Below, one piece after another: positions 36,095 to 47,210 of a stretch of 64,000 bases of DNA. The DNA is from Candidatus Sericytochromatia bacterium. GTDB lineage: Bacteria > Cyanobacteriota > Sericytochromatia > S15B-MN24 > UBA4093. The DNA lies in assembly GCA_036676985.1 (NCBI GenBank), contig JAKFBU010000076.1, forward strand, positions 64,001 to 128,000, in the 5' to 3' direction. The translations under genes were made by a program, and so were the position numbers. The notes beneath the pieces were generated by a model. That model was not told where the DNA came from and ran no database searches. It saw only the letters and a program-made list of their open reading frames with translations. Every line of letters begins with the position of its first letter. Within the stretch, counting starts at the first letter, position 1.

Positions 36095-37645
36095 TCAGTG
36101 GCTCGTCCCCGACGAGCGGGTGGTCTTGTTGTAGACGTTGTACTTGCCCGACGGCTTGCACATGGGGATCCGCTTGACCTCCTGGAAGGTCGCGGAGTCG
36201 TAGACCACCAGCGCCCCGTCTTGCTCCCAGATGCTCACGAGCGCGTACTTGCCGTCCCGGGTGAACTCCACGTGGGAGGCGGGCTTGCCGGGCGACGGCC
36301 GCAGCACCTTGGCGACCTCGAGCGTGCGCTTGTCGATGAGCACCATGGCGTCCCGCTGGGGGCTCATCATGGCGTCGGTCCAGGCGTACGGCGTGTTCTC
36401 GTGGCTGCGCATGAAGAAGCCCGGCCCCAGCGTCTTCACCTGCTTGACGGTCTTCCAGGTCTTCATGTCGATGATCGAGACCAGGGACTCCTTGAGGTTG
36501 GGCGTCGCCATCACGGACTTGCCCTCGTATTCCCAGGTGATCCCCGACCCCAGGTGCGGCATGCCGGGAAGATCCAGGCTCGAGATCGGCAGCCCCGTGT
36601 CGAGATCCAGCACCATGCCGTTCTTGCCGTCCCGGCCGGCGCCCATCAGGTGCCGGTAGGCCTGGTCGAAGAAGAAGTCGTCCAGCGTATCCGCCACCTG
36701 GATGCGGCGCACCTTGAAGCTGGGCGGACCCACGAGCATCTCGCCCGAGTTGGGGCCGTAGTCGTGGACCCAGCCCTTCTGCTTGGGCGTCGCGCCGTAG
36801 GGGATCTCCCAGACCTCGGGCGCGTCCTTGAGCGCCACGACGAAGCTCTTGCGCGGGGCGGCCTGGTAGACCGCGCTCACCCGCGAGACCTTGCCGTCCA
36901 GCCCCTTGGTCGAGATGACCTTCATGAGCGAGAGATCCTCGGCATCCAGGAGGACCAGGTTGCCGGGCAGGTAGTTGCCGACCAGCACGTACTTGCCGTC
37001 GTCCGAGACGGCCAGGTTGCGCGTGTTGAGGCCCGCCCGGATCTCGGCCACGGTTTTCAGGTTGTAGATGTCGAACTTGCTGATCCAGCCGTCGCGCGAG
37101 GCGAAGTAGACGTAGCGGCCCTCCGGCGAGAACTTGGGCCCGCCGTGCAGGGCGAAGCGGGTCTTGCAGCGGTGGACGGGCTCCAGGCGATCGCCGTCCA
37201 GGATGGTCGCATGGTGGTCGCCCGTCTCGACGACCACGAACAGGTTCTGGAGGTCCGCCTTGAAGGTGGGCGTGTTCGGCAGGCTGCCCGGCGCGTGGTG
37301 CACGACCCGCGAGGCGCGGATCTCCTCGGCATCCCAGCGCGGCGCCTCGGCCACCGGCGTGTACAGGTAGTCCACGAGCGCCTGCACCTGCTCGGGGCTC
37401 AGCTGATCCTGGAACCCGGGCATCTGCGTGGCGACCCGCCCATGCGTGACCACCTTGAGCGCCTCGGGCTTCTTGATCCGCTCCAGGCTCTCGGGCATGA
37501 GCGCCGGCCCCATGCCGCCCAGGCGGTCTGCGCCGTGGCACGTGGCGCAGTTCTGCTGGTAGACCTTCTGGGGGGCGAGGTCCGCGGCCTGGGCCGCGCC
37601 CGCCATGACGAGGACGAGCCCGAGGCCCGCTAGCAAGGCTTTCAT
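36095..37645 (-). CDS. nirN: Heme d1 biosynthesis dehydrogenase NirN
   Basis: Signal peptide, CATCH, HGGPKFS, GMPHLG, KPSGKYN. Confidence 0.93.
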   Translation of the reverse strand: MKALLAGLGLVLVMAGAAQAADLAPQKVYQQNCATCHGADRLGGMGPALMPESLERIKKPEALKVVTHGRVATQMPGFQDQLSPEQVQALVDYLYTPVAEAPRWDAEEIRASRVVHHAPGSLPNTPTFKADLQNLFVVVETGDHHATILDGDRLEPVHRCKTRFALHGGPKFSPEGRYVYFASRDGWISKFDIYNLKTVAEIRAGLNTRNLAVSDDGKYVLVGNYLPGNLVLLDAEDLSLMKVISTKGLDGKVSRVSAVYQAAPRKSFVVALKDAPEVWEIPYGATPKQKGWVHDYGPNSGEMLVGPPSFKVRRIQVADTLDDFFFDQAYRHLMGAGRDGKNGMVLDLDTGLPISSLDLPGMPHLGSGITWEYEGKSVMATPNLKESLVSIIDMKTWKTVKQVKTLGPGFFMRSHENTPYAWTDAMMSPQRDAMVLIDKRTLEVAKVLRPSPGKPASHVEFTRDGKYALVSIWEQDGALVVYDSATFQEVKRIPMCKPSGKYNVYNKTTRSSGTSH

Positions 37646-38805
37646 TTGGCACCTCCGACGCCCGAGAGGGCGCCGATCTCTTCGTCGGTCAGGTAGCACG
37701 CAGGATCCTCGGCCCACGGGTCACCCGTGAGCTGGCGCGCCCGGACCCGGGTGTTGCCGCCGCAGATGGCGAAGTGGGCGCAGGTCCCGCACCGGCCCTT
37801 GACCTGCCGGGGGAAGGACTTGAGGCCCGCCATGAGGGGATCGGTGGTGTCGGGCCAGATCTCGGAGAAGGGGCGCTCGCGCACGTTGCCCAGGGTGTAG
37901 TCCCACCACATGGTGTCGGGGTGGACGTTGCCCAGGTTGTCGATGTTCGAGATGTTGACGCCCGTGGAGTTGCCGCCCCACTGCTCGAGCTTGGCCCGCA
38001 GGTGCTCCACCTTGTCCGGGAAGCGCTCCTGCGCCCAGAAGAGCAGGTAGACGCCGTCCGCGTCGTTGTTGCCCGTGACGAACTCCTTGTCGCCGCCCGC
38101 GAGCGCGTCCTGGTAGGCGGCCTCGAAGACCAGATCCAGGGCCTCGCGCGTGGTGCGGTGGAAGACGTCGTCCTTGCGGTTGACGTTGCCCCGGCCGGCG
38201 TAGTTGAGGTGGGACAGGTAGAACTTGTCGATGCCTTCCGCGTCCATCAGCTCCAGGAGGCGGGGCAGGTCCTCGGCGTTGTCCTGCGTGAGCGTGAAGC
38301 GCACGCCGACCTTGAGGCCCGCGTCGCGGCACAGCCGGATGCCGTGCAGGGACTCGCGGTAGGCGCCCTCGCGCCGGCGGAACCGGTCGTGGGTCGACTC
38401 GATGCCGTCCAGGCTGATGCCCACGTAGTCGTAGCCGCACTCGGCGATCGCCCCCACGTTCTCCTCGGTGATCATGGTGCCGTTGGTCGAGAGCCCCACG
38501 TAGAAGCCCATCCCCTTGGCCCGCTTCGAGAGGTCGAAGATGTCGGGCCTGAGCAGGGGCTCGCCGCCCGAGAGGATGAGCACCGGGACCCGGAAGGCCT
38601 TGAGGTCGTCCATGACCGTGTAGAGCTCGTCGGTCGAGAGTTCGCCCGGGAACTCGCGGTTGCTGGAGATGGCGTAGCAGTGCTTGCACGCGAGGTTGCA
38701 GCGGCGGGTGAGGTTCCAGATGACCACCGGCCCGGGCGGGTTGCGCTTGGGCGCGAGCGGGGTGGGATTCAGGAGCTCCCGCATGTACTGGGTGACGCGG
38801 AACAT
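37642..38805 (-). CDS. nirJ: Radical SAM protein NirJ
   Basis: GPVVIWNL, CNLACKHC, WGGNS, DPACY. Confidence 0.95.
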   Translation of the reverse strand: MFRVTQYMRELLNPTPLAPKRNPPGPVVIWNLTRRCNLACKHCYAISSNREFPGELSTDELYTVMDDLKAFRVPVLILSGGEPLLRPDIFDLSKRAKGMGFYVGLSTNGTMITEENVGAIAECGYDYVGISLDGIESTHDRFRRREGAYRESLHGIRLCRDAGLKVGVRFTLTQDNAEDLPRLLELMDAEGIDKFYLSHLNYAGRGNVNRKDDVFHRTTREALDLVFEAAYQDALAGGDKEFVTGNNDADGVYLLFWAQERFPDKVEHLRAKLEQWGGNSTGVNISNIDNLGNVHPDTMWWDYTLGNVRERPFSEIWPDTTDPLMAGLKSFPRQVKGRCGTCAHFAICGGNTRVRARQLTGDPWAEDPACYLTDEEIGALSGVGGAK

Positions 38806-38816
38806 GGCAGGTCCTT

Positions 38817-39296
38817 TCAGGCGTTGAGGCGGAGCCCCGTCTTCTTGAGGATGCGGGTGCTGTAGAGGATCAGGTGGCCGCGATCGGCCGCCCCGAGGGC
38901 GTCGGCGATGCGCTGGGCCTTCTCCTCGACCTCCTCGCGGCTCTTGCCGTGCAGCATGGCGAAGAGGTTGTAGGGCCACGAGGGTAGGTGGCGGGGCCGG
39001 TTGTAACAGTGGCTGACGAAGTCGAAGGAGCCGATGAGCGCGCCCAGTTCGTCCACGCGCTCGTCGGGCACGTCCCAGACGGACATGCCGTTCGCGCGGT
39101 AGCCGAGGGCGTAGTGGTTGGGCACGGCCCCGATGCGGCGGATCACCCCGGTCTCGAGCATGCGGCGCATGCGCGCCTGGACCTCCTCGGAGGTCGTGCC
39201 GACGGCGTCGGCCACCGCCCGGTAGGGCTCGGGACAGAGGGGCAGCCCCTCCTGGGTCGCGCGGATGATGGCGCGGTCGAGCTCGTCGGTCGTCAT
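38817..39296 (-). CDS. nirH: Siroheme decarboxylase subunit NirH
   Basis: NHYALGYRANGM, SHCY, ILKKTGLR. Confidence 0.88.
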   Translation of the reverse strand: MTTDELDRAIIRATQEGLPLCPEPYRAVADAVGTTSEEVQARMRRMLETGVIRRIGAVPNHYALGYRANGMSVWDVPDERVDELGALIGSFDFVSHCYNRPRHLPSWPYNLFAMLHGKSREEVEEKAQRIADALGAADRGHLILYSTRILKKTGLRLNA

Positions 39297-39736
39297 GCCT
39301 CGAACCTCAGTCCCACGAAGTACTCCTTGAGCTTCGGCATGGGGTAGACCGGGTGGCCCGTCTCGGTTTCGATGCGGGCAAGGGCGCGCTCGGCCTCCTC
39401 GGGCGTGCCCGTCGCCACCACGAACCACATGTTCAGCTCGTGCTCGCGGGCGTAGTTGTGGGCGATCTCGGGCATGGCGTTGACCTTGTCGGCCACCGCC
39501 TCGTACTCCTCCTCGGGCACGCGCATGGCCGTGAGGATCAGGCTGCCGCCCATGCGCTCGGCGTGGTACATGGGTCCGAAGCGCGAGAGGATGCCGCGCT
39601 CCAAGAGGCCCTGGATCCGGGCGATCAGCTCGGCCTCGTCGAGGCCCAGGCGACTGGCGACCTCCGCGTAGGGGCGATCGCAGACGGGGAAGCCCCCCTG
39701 CAGCGCGTTGACGATCGCGCGGTCCATTTGGTCCAT
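39293..39736 (-). CDS. nirG: Siroheme decarboxylase subunit NirG
   Basis: RFGPM, AHNYAREH, NMWFV. Confidence 0.85.
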   Translation of the reverse strand: MDQMDRAIVNALQGGFPVCDRPYAEVASRLGLDEAELIARIQGLLERGILSRFGPMYHAERMGGSLILTAMRVPEEEYEAVADKVNAMPEIAHNYAREHELNMWFVVATGTPEEAERALARIETETGHPVYPMPKLKEYFVGLRFEA

Positions 39737-39738
39737 GG

Positions 39739-40224
39739 CTAGCTCCTCGCGACCATGTAGCGGGCCCCCCGCTGCTTGAAGCGCCGCGTGCTGAAGAGCG
39801 CCTCGTAGCGGACGTCCGCGAGGCCCTCCAGGGCTCTGAGGGTCGCGATCTTCTCGAGGGCCTCCTCGCGGCTCTTGCCGTGGATCATGCAGAACAGGTT
39901 GTAGGACCAGCCGGGCCGCCGGGGGCGCCGGTAGCAAAGGCTGACGAGGCCCGTTGCGGACATGCGGCGGGCGATCGCGTCCACCTGGTCGTCGGGCACG
40001 TCCCAGACGGTCATGGCGTTGGCGCGGTAGCCCAGCTCGTGGTGGCGGACCACCACGCCCATGCGCTTGATGATCCCGTCGTCGAGGAAGGCTTGCAGGC
40101 GCTCGATCACCTCGTCCGCAGACATCCCGAGGGCATGCCCGATGTCCTCGAACGGCTCGGGCACGAGCGGCAGGCCGTCCTGGATGGCGGCGATCAGCTG
40201 GAAGTCGCGTTCGGTCAGCTCCAT
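39739..40224 (-). CDS. nirL: Siroheme decarboxylase subunit NirL
   Basis: RHHELGYRANAM, LCYRR, FKQRGARY. Confidence 0.85.
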   Translation of the reverse strand: MELTERDFQLIAAIQDGLPLVPEPFEDIGHALGMSADEVIERLQAFLDDGIIKRMGVVVRHHELGYRANAMTVWDVPDDQVDAIARRMSATGLVSLCYRRPRRPGWSYNLFCMIHGKSREEALEKIATLRALEGLADVRYEALFSTRRFKQRGARYMVARS

Positions 40225-40664
40225 GACAGTTCGAACCCCAGATCGATGTGGTACTCCTGGACCATGGGCAAGTCGAGCACCGCGAGGCCCGTCATCTCCT
40301 CGATCTCGGCGAGCACCGCGCGCAGCCGCTCGGCGTTCGCGGCCGTCACGACGAACCACAGGTTGAAGCGGTGCTCCCGCTCGTAGTTGTGGTTGACCTC
40401 GGGCAGGGCGCTCACGAGCTCGGCGACGGCCTGCAGGCGCTCGGCCGGCACGGCGAGAGCCGCCAGCGTGCTCGCCCCGATGCGGTTGGGCGGAAAGACC
40501 GGGCCCACCCGGCTGATGGTCCCCTCGGCCTTGAGGAGCCTGAGGGCGTCGAGCACCTCGGCCTCGGAGACGCCCAGCTGCCGGGCGATCCGGGCGAAGG
40601 GGCGCCGAACCAGCGGGAAGTCCCGCTGGAAGTCGTTCAGCAGCTGACGCTCCAGGGAGTACAT
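40215..40664 (-). CDS. nirD: Siroheme decarboxylase subunit NirD
   Basis: FQRDFPL, GASTLAA, NHNYEREH, YHIDLGF. Confidence 0.85.
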   Translation of the reverse strand: MYSLERQLLNDFQRDFPLVRRPFARIARQLGVSEAEVLDALRLLKAEGTISRVGPVFPPNRIGASTLAALAVPAERLQAVAELVSALPEVNHNYEREHRFNLWFVVTAANAERLRAVLAEIEEMTGLAVLDLPMVQEYHIDLGFELSWS

Positions 40665-40666
40665 GG

Positions 40667-41854
40667 CTACATCCCGATCCTTCCGGCCCGCACGGTGAAG
40701 AAGATGCCGCTCGGCCGGTCGGAGCTCAGCTCTCCGACCTTCTCCAGGCGGTTGGCGTCGTAGATCTCCAGGCGGTTCTCGTCGCGGACCGAGAGCCAGA
40801 GCTCCTCGCCGCGGGGCGTGAACTCCATGTGCAGGACGCCCTTGCCGGGCTTGAGGGTCTTGACCACCTTGCGGCTCGGCACGTCGATGACCTGCACGAC
40901 GTCGTTGTTGGGGAAGGCGAAGTTGACCCACACCTGGCGGCCGTCGGGGCGGGCCACGACGAAGACGGGCTGGCCGTGGACGGGGATGCGGCCCACTTCC
41001 TTCCAGGTGGCGTTGTTCACGAGGAGCACCTCGTGGCTGCCCACCGCGGGCACGAGCGCCTCCTGGCCCGTCAGCGCCCAGCCTTCCAGGTGGGGCATCT
41101 TGTAGACGGGCAGCTTCTCCTTGCCCCGGCCGTAACGGTCGAGGATGCGGCGGACGCCCGCCTGCGGGTTCCAGAGGTCGAGCATGGCGAGGCCGTCCTC
41201 GCCGAAGAGGCCCGCCACGTAGTAGCGGCCGTCCGGTGAGATGAAGGCGTCGTAGGGCTCCTGGCCGATGTCCGTGTGCTTGGTGAGCTTGGGCTTGCGC
41301 GGATCCTGGCAGTCGGCCACCCAGATCTCGCCGGCTTCGAACAGGCTGAAGACGAAGCGCTGGTCGGGCACGTCGATGAGGCCGATGACCTTGGAGGCCT
41401 TGCCGCCGTCGGCAGGCACGGCGGGGATCTCGCTCAGCTGCTCCAGGGTGTCGGCGTCGAAGATCTTGACGCCGCCCGGCTCGTAGTTGGAGACGGCGAT
41501 GAGCTTGCCGTCCTGGGAGATGGCGCCGCCGATGCTGTTGCCGCCCTGCACGACGCGCTTGACGAGCTTCATGGTGAGCAGGTCGATCTTCGTGAGGCCG
41601 CCGTCGCGACCGAAGACGTAGGCGTAGCGGCCGTCGCGGCTGAAGTTGACGCTGGCGTGGGAGAGGTCGCCGAGGCCCGCGACGGAGCCGAGGACGGTGT
41701 GGCGGGTGGTCTCGACGATCTGGACGCGGCCGACGGCGCGCTCGATGACCACGCCGAGGTCCCCCGTGCCGCGGGGCGCCTGCTCGCGCAGGGTGGCCGC
41801 GCAGCCGGTGAGGGTGAGGGCGGTGAGCAGGGCGAGGCCGACTCTAGCGCGCAT
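40667..41854 (-). CDS. nirF: NirF lipoprotein
   Basis: LTGC lipobox, RGTGDLG, GDLSHAS, YKMPHLEGW. Confidence 0.93.
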   Translation of the reverse strand: MRARVGLALLTALTLTGCAATLREQAPRGTGDLGVVIERAVGRVQIVETTRHTVLGSVAGLGDLSHASVNFSRDGRYAYVFGRDGGLTKIDLLTMKLVKRVVQGGNSIGGAISQDGKLIAVSNYEPGGVKIFDADTLEQLSEIPAVPADGGKASKVIGLIDVPDQRFVFSLFEAGEIWVADCQDPRKPKLTKHTDIGQEPYDAFISPDGRYYVAGLFGEDGLAMLDLWNPQAGVRRILDRYGRGKEKLPVYKMPHLEGWALTGQEALVPAVGSHEVLLVNNATWKEVGRIPVHGQPVFVVARPDGRQVWVNFAFPNNDVVQVIDVPSRKVVKTLKPGKGVLHMEFTPRGEELWLSVRDENRLEIYDANRLEKVGELSSDRPSGIFFTVRAGRIGM

Positions 41855-42308
41855 CGGGGAATCCTTTCTGCAACTGCTCGACGATCCAGGCGGCTTCCGG
41901 CTCGGTGAGCAGCGGGCGCCAGGGGGGCATGGCCGTGCCGGGCGAGCCGTCGAGGATGATCCGCTCGAGGGCCTTGGCGTCCTTGCCCTTGAGGTCGCTG
42001 GGCCGGATGGCCGGGCCGAGGCCGCCCTTGAACTGGAGGCCATGGCAGGAGCCGCAGTCCTGGCGGACCATGTAGGCGAGTTCCTTCTGGCGCTCGGGGG
42101 AAAGGGGGGAGGCGAACGCCGGGATCGCGAGCAAGAGCACGAGGGCCAGGCCGAGAAGCGAATAAGGAGGACCCCCCCGGCCCCCCTCTAGAGGGGGGTA
42201 GGGATCATGGGAGGGGGGAAAACCAGGTGGCTCCTTAGGATCTTGGGTGTGACTTCCCCTCCCAAGAGCTCCCCCCCCTCTAGAGGGGATCCCCCCTGAC
42301 TTACGCAT
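41844..42308 (-). CDS. nirC: Cytochrome c55X NirC with a repeat-derived N-terminal insertion
   Basis: QDCGSCHG, GGLGP, TAMPPW; start overlaps the nirE stop. Confidence 0.85.
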   Translation of the reverse strand: MRKSGGIPSRGGGALGRGSHTQDPKEPPGFPPSHDPYPPLEGGRGGPPYSLLGLALVLLLAIPAFASPLSPERQKELAYMVRQDCGSCHGLQFKGGLGPAIRPSDLKGKDAKALERIILDGSPGTAMPPWRPLLTEPEAAWIVEQLQKGFPDAR

Positions 42309-43080
42309 GCGCGAACCACCCCTGCACGCGATCCCCGAACGGATCCCACGCGAGGGTGTCCGCCAGGTCCACCACCTTGCCGATGATGAGCAGGGTCGGC
42401 GTCTTGAACTTCTGCCGCACGAGCTCCGTCGGCATCGCGTCCAGCGTCGTGCGGGCGATGCGCTGGTGCGGGGTCGTCCCGTTCTCGATGAGGGCCACCG
42501 GCGTCTCGGCCGAAAGCCCTGCCGCCATCAGCTCGCGGCTGATCGTCGGTGCGGTCGCCGAGCCCATGTACACCACGAGCGTCGTGTTCGGATCGGCCAG
42601 GGACTGCCAGTCCAGGTCCAGGGGCATGTCGTTCTTGCAGTGCCCCGTCACGAAGCGCACGCCCGTCGCGAGCCCCCGGTGCGTCAGGGGGATGCCCGCG
42701 TAGGCGCTGCACGCCGAGGCCGAGGTGATGCCCGGCACCACCTCGAAGGCGACGCCGTGCTGCGTGAGGAACTCCGCCTCCTCGCTGCCCCGACCGAAGA
42801 TGAAGGGATCGCCGCCCTTGAGACGGACCACCCGACGGCCGCTCTTGCCGAGCTTCACCAGGAGCTCGTTGATCTGGTCCTGCGGCATGGAGTGACGGCT
42901 GCTCGCCTTGCCCACGAAGACGCGCTTCACGCCGGGCGGCACCAGCGACAGGATGTCCGAGCTGACGAGCCGGTCGTAGACCAGGACCTCGGCCTCCCGC
43001 AAGAGCCGGAGGGCTTTGACGGTGAGGAGATCCGGATCCCCGGGACCCGCTCCGACGAGATAGACGCAGCCAGCTTTCAT
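42301..43080 (-). CDS. nirE: Uroporphyrinogen-III C-methyltransferase NirE
   Basis: VGAGPGDP, RLKGGDP, PGITSA, PLTHRG. Confidence 0.92.
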   Translation of the reverse strand: MKAGCVYLVGAGPGDPDLLTVKALRLLREAEVLVYDRLVSSDILSLVPPGVKRVFVGKASSRHSMPQDQINELLVKLGKSGRRVVRLKGGDPFIFGRGSEEAEFLTQHGVAFEVVPGITSASACSAYAGIPLTHRGLATGVRFVTGHCKNDMPLDLDWQSLADPNTTLVVYMGSATAPTISRELMAAGLSAETPVALIENGTTPHQRIARTTLDAMPTELVRQKFKTPTLLIIGKVVDLADTLAWDPFGDRVQGWFAHA

Positions 43081-43136
43081 GGGTGACTCTCCTTGCCTTA
43101 ATTGGAAGATTCTCAAGGGAAATGGCGGCCGCTTCA

Positions 43137-43153
43137 TCCGTACTTAGTACGTG
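43137..43153. promoter_or_regulatory. Motif-B box at the nirE promoter
   Basis: TCCGTAC-TTA-GTACGTG; 31 bp to GAGAAT on the minus strand. Confidence 0.6.
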
Positions 43154-43212
43154 AACAGGCCGCCATTACCGGAAGAGAGAAGGGAGGACGGGGGAGGCCC
43201 GTCCTCCCGCTT

Positions 43213-43285
43213 AGCACCTAACGAAACCAGGCATGTGTCGCCTGTGGCCGCCTTGCGGCTGGACGGAACAGTTTCGTTAGGCGCT
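43213..43285. repeat. ~75-bp dispersed palindromic element, copy 3
   Basis: AGCACCTAACGAAAC...GTTTCGTTAGGCGCT. Confidence 0.8.
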
Positions 43286-43290
43286 CCAGC

Positions 43291-44928
<1,638 letters not shown>

Positions 44929-45053
44929 CTAGTGAACCTCCATTGTGTGGGTGTGGGAGCGGTTGGCCGTGCTGCGATCGCCGCTAGAGGCCCGTCACGG
45001 CTAGAGGGCGATCGCCGGTGGGGCGGGGCCGACGGTAGGAGACCCGCCCTTGC

Positions 45054-45680
45054 CTAGAAGCTCTGGGTGAGGGTGAGGGTGGGACCGAAGTTGTGGAACT
45101 TGGTGCTGGTCCAGGCGCCCGTCAGCATGTTGCCGAGCACGCCGACCGACACGCTGGTGCCGGGGGCGACGACCTGGTTGAGGTTGGCGCCGTAGAAGTA
45201 CAGGTTGGTGGGCTCTCCGGTGTTGGGAGTGGCGGCGGGACCCGCGTTCAGCTCCCAGAGCCGGGCGTACGATCCGAGCACGTTGACCGAGAACCCGCCC
45301 CCGAAGGTCTTGGCGAGCGTCAGGGCGACTTCCGGGCCCTCCTTGAAGGCAGCGCTCGCCTTGGCAGAGCTGTTGCCGATGCCCGAGGCGCGGACGCCGG
45401 CCATGGCGGTCGCCGAGTAGCCGTCGCCGAAGGGCAGCTTGTACATCCCGCGCACCGTCCCGCTCTGGGTGGTGTTGTAGAAGGCGTAGATCCCCACGTT
45501 GGGGTTGAGCCAGTACTGCTTGGTGTAGTACACGACCCAGTCGTGGCGATCGGGACCCGGCGTGACGTTGTAGGTCTGCCAGATCATCAGGCTGTCGGTC
45601 ATCGGGGCGGCCATGGCCGCGCCAGGAGCGAGGACGGCCGGCAGGGCGAGGATGGAACCCAGGAGAAGTCGTTTGAGCAT
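45054..45680 (-). CDS. Putative small outer-membrane beta-barrel protein upstream of nirS
   Basis: Signal peptide, alternating aromatic beta strands, C-terminal LTLTQSF. Confidence 0.6.
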   Translation of the reverse strand: MLKRLLLGSILALPAVLAPGAAMAAPMTDSLMIWQTYNVTPGPDRHDWVVYYTKQYWLNPNVGIYAFYNTTQSGTVRGMYKLPFGDGYSATAMAGVRASGIGNSSAKASAAFKEGPEVALTLAKTFGGGFSVNVLGSYARLWELNAGPAATPNTGEPTNLYFYGANLNQVVAPGTSVSVGVLGNMLTGAWTSTKFHNFGPTLTLTQSF

Positions 45681-45812
45681 CGTTGTCTCCCTTTCGAGGG
45701 GCTGAAATTGCCGGTAGATAAGGCGATCCGGGTGATTTGGCGATGAAACTGGGTAACTTAGGTCGGACGCCCCATAGTGGCCAATGCTTGAGCATGCGTC
45801 GCGAAAAAAACA

Positions 45813-45856
45813 TCCGTATTTTCCCGAAAACGCCAAAGATCCGTATTCGCTACCGA
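45813..45856. promoter_or_regulatory. Two motif-B boxes upstream of the barrel/nirS unit
   Basis: TCCGTAT-TT-TCCCGAA and TCCGTAT-TCG-CTACCGA. Confidence 0.6.
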
Positions 45857-45887
45857 TCGAACGCCGCGATTTGAGCGGGCTTCGCTC

Positions 45888-45930
45888 TCTGAGCTACCTC
45901 ATAGAGCCCTCGGGGCGCGAGTGCTAGCCT
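45888..45930 (+). promoter_or_regulatory. Motif-A class II promoter of the hemerythrin gene
   Basis: TCTGAG-CTAC-CTCATA centred 29.5 bp before TAGCCT. Confidence 0.7.
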
Positions 45931-45965
45931 GAACTCAGGTTGCCCCGATCCGCGAGGACGCCCCG

Positions 45966-46538
45966 ATGATTGCCGAGCCCTTTGGATTGACCCCGTCCGT
46001 CGACAGCCCGTTTGCCGTGATGCGCTCCTGCCACCGCCGGATCGAGCAGCGCATGGGCCTCCTGCCGGGGATCGCCGATCGGCTGGCGGACGACAATCCG
46101 GTGATCCGGGCCGAGGCCCTGGCCGTGCTCGAGAGCGTCCACGGCTTCCTGTCCACGACGGGCATCCACCACACGGCCGACGAGGAGGAGGACCTGTACC
46201 CGATCCTGCGGGAGACGGCCGATCCCGAGTGCCTCCAGGTCCTCGACGATCTGGAGCAGGAGCACATGCGGCTCGAGCCCATCCTGGTCGCCTTCGACCG
46301 CCTCGCCGGACGCATGGTCGAGACCGAGAGGCTGGACGAGGAGGCGATCGCCGGGCTGCGCCACCTGTCGGAGACCCTGTGCGAGCTATACCAGGCGCAC
46401 ATCCGGCACGAGGAAGGGACCCTCTTTCCTCGCGCCGAGGTGCTCCTGACCCCGGAGCGTCTCGCCCGCCTGTCGCAAGGGATGCGCGACAGGCGGAGCG
46501 GGCGCCCGGGGTCGGGCCCCCTGAGCGCCTCGCCGTAG
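45966..46538 (+). CDS. Hemerythrin-like domain protein
   Basis: CHRRIE, HHTADEEEDLYP, EH, HIRHEEGTLFP. Confidence 0.85.
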   Translation: MIAEPFGLTPSVDSPFAVMRSCHRRIEQRMGLLPGIADRLADDNPVIRAEALAVLESVHGFLSTTGIHHTADEEEDLYPILRETADPECLQVLDDLEQEHMRLEPILVAFDRLAGRMVETERLDEEAIAGLRHLSETLCELYQAHIRHEEGTLFPRAEVLLTPERLARLSQGMRDRRSGRPGSGPLSASP

Positions 46539-46564
46539 GGTCGGAGGCGGACAGGGGTCGGTTC

Positions 46565-46610
46565 TCCGTAGTTTTCCCGGATCTGCTCGGGCCGGATCGC
46601 CTGTTAGGCT
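46565..46610 (+). promoter_or_regulatory. Motif-B promoter of the cytochrome c gene
   Basis: TCCGTAG-TTT-TCCCGGA; 32 bp to TAGGCT. Confidence 0.7.
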
Positions 46611-46676
46611 CGGAAGGGGACCGTATACCTAGCGGACCGGTCACCTCAGAGCCCCTACCAAGAAGGAGTTAGCACC

Positions 46677-47018
46677 ATGCTCAACCGGATTCTCATGGGT
46701 GTTGCGGCCCTGTCGCTCATGGCGACCGCGCTGCCCGCGCCCGCCCAGGCCGCGGATGCCGCCGCCGCCCTGAGCGCCTGCGTCACCTGCCACGACATCT
46801 CGCCCGCCAATAAGCAGCTCGTCGGCCCCGGCCTGCACGGCCTCGCGGGCAAGAAGCCGGTCTCGGCCGGCATTTCCTTCGCCAAGTGGGATGCCAAGAG
46901 CCTCGACACCTGGCTCAAGGACCCCTCGAAGGTCAAGCCCGGCACCATGATGGCCTACTCGGTGGGCAACCCCAAGAAGCGCGCCGAGATCGTCAAGGCT
47001 GTGCTCTCTCTGAAGTAA
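46677..47018 (+). CDS. Class I periplasmic cytochrome c (c2/c550-like)
   Basis: Signal peptide, CVTCH, VGPGLHG, PGTMM. Confidence 0.9.
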   Translation: MLNRILMGVAALSLMATALPAPAQAADAAAALSACVTCHDISPANKQLVGPGLHGLAGKKPVSAGISFAKWDAKSLDTWLKDPSKVKPGTMMAYSVGNPKKRAEIVKAVLSLK

Positions 47019-47064
47019 ATCCGGGAAAACATCCGCAGTTAAGACGGTTTTCCCTTACCTTTGG

Positions 47065-47094
47065 CACGGACGCTCCGAAAACGGAGCGTCCGTG
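47065..47094 (+). terminator. Hairpin after the cytochrome c gene
   Basis: CACGGACGCTCCG-AAAA-CGGAGCGTCCGTG then TTAGTTTT. Confidence 0.65.
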
Positions 47095-47122
47095 TTAGTT
47101 TTACGTAGTTTCCCCCGCCCGA

Positions 47123-47140
47123 TAGTTGAGCTTTCTCATA
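47123..47140. promoter_or_regulatory. Motif-C site upstream of norC
   Basis: Minus strand reads TATGAGAAAGCTCAACTA. Confidence 0.6.
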
Positions 47141-47210
47141 TTGGCCTCCTAACTTGCCCGTTAAGCTCGTTCTAACCCTGTAAGCCTTTCCCTTCTTAGG
47201 AGCGAGCACG

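Noticed and set aside
36095-37645. A second nirS copy
   Set aside because: HGGPKFS/MPHLG motifs and position after nirJ identify it as NirN
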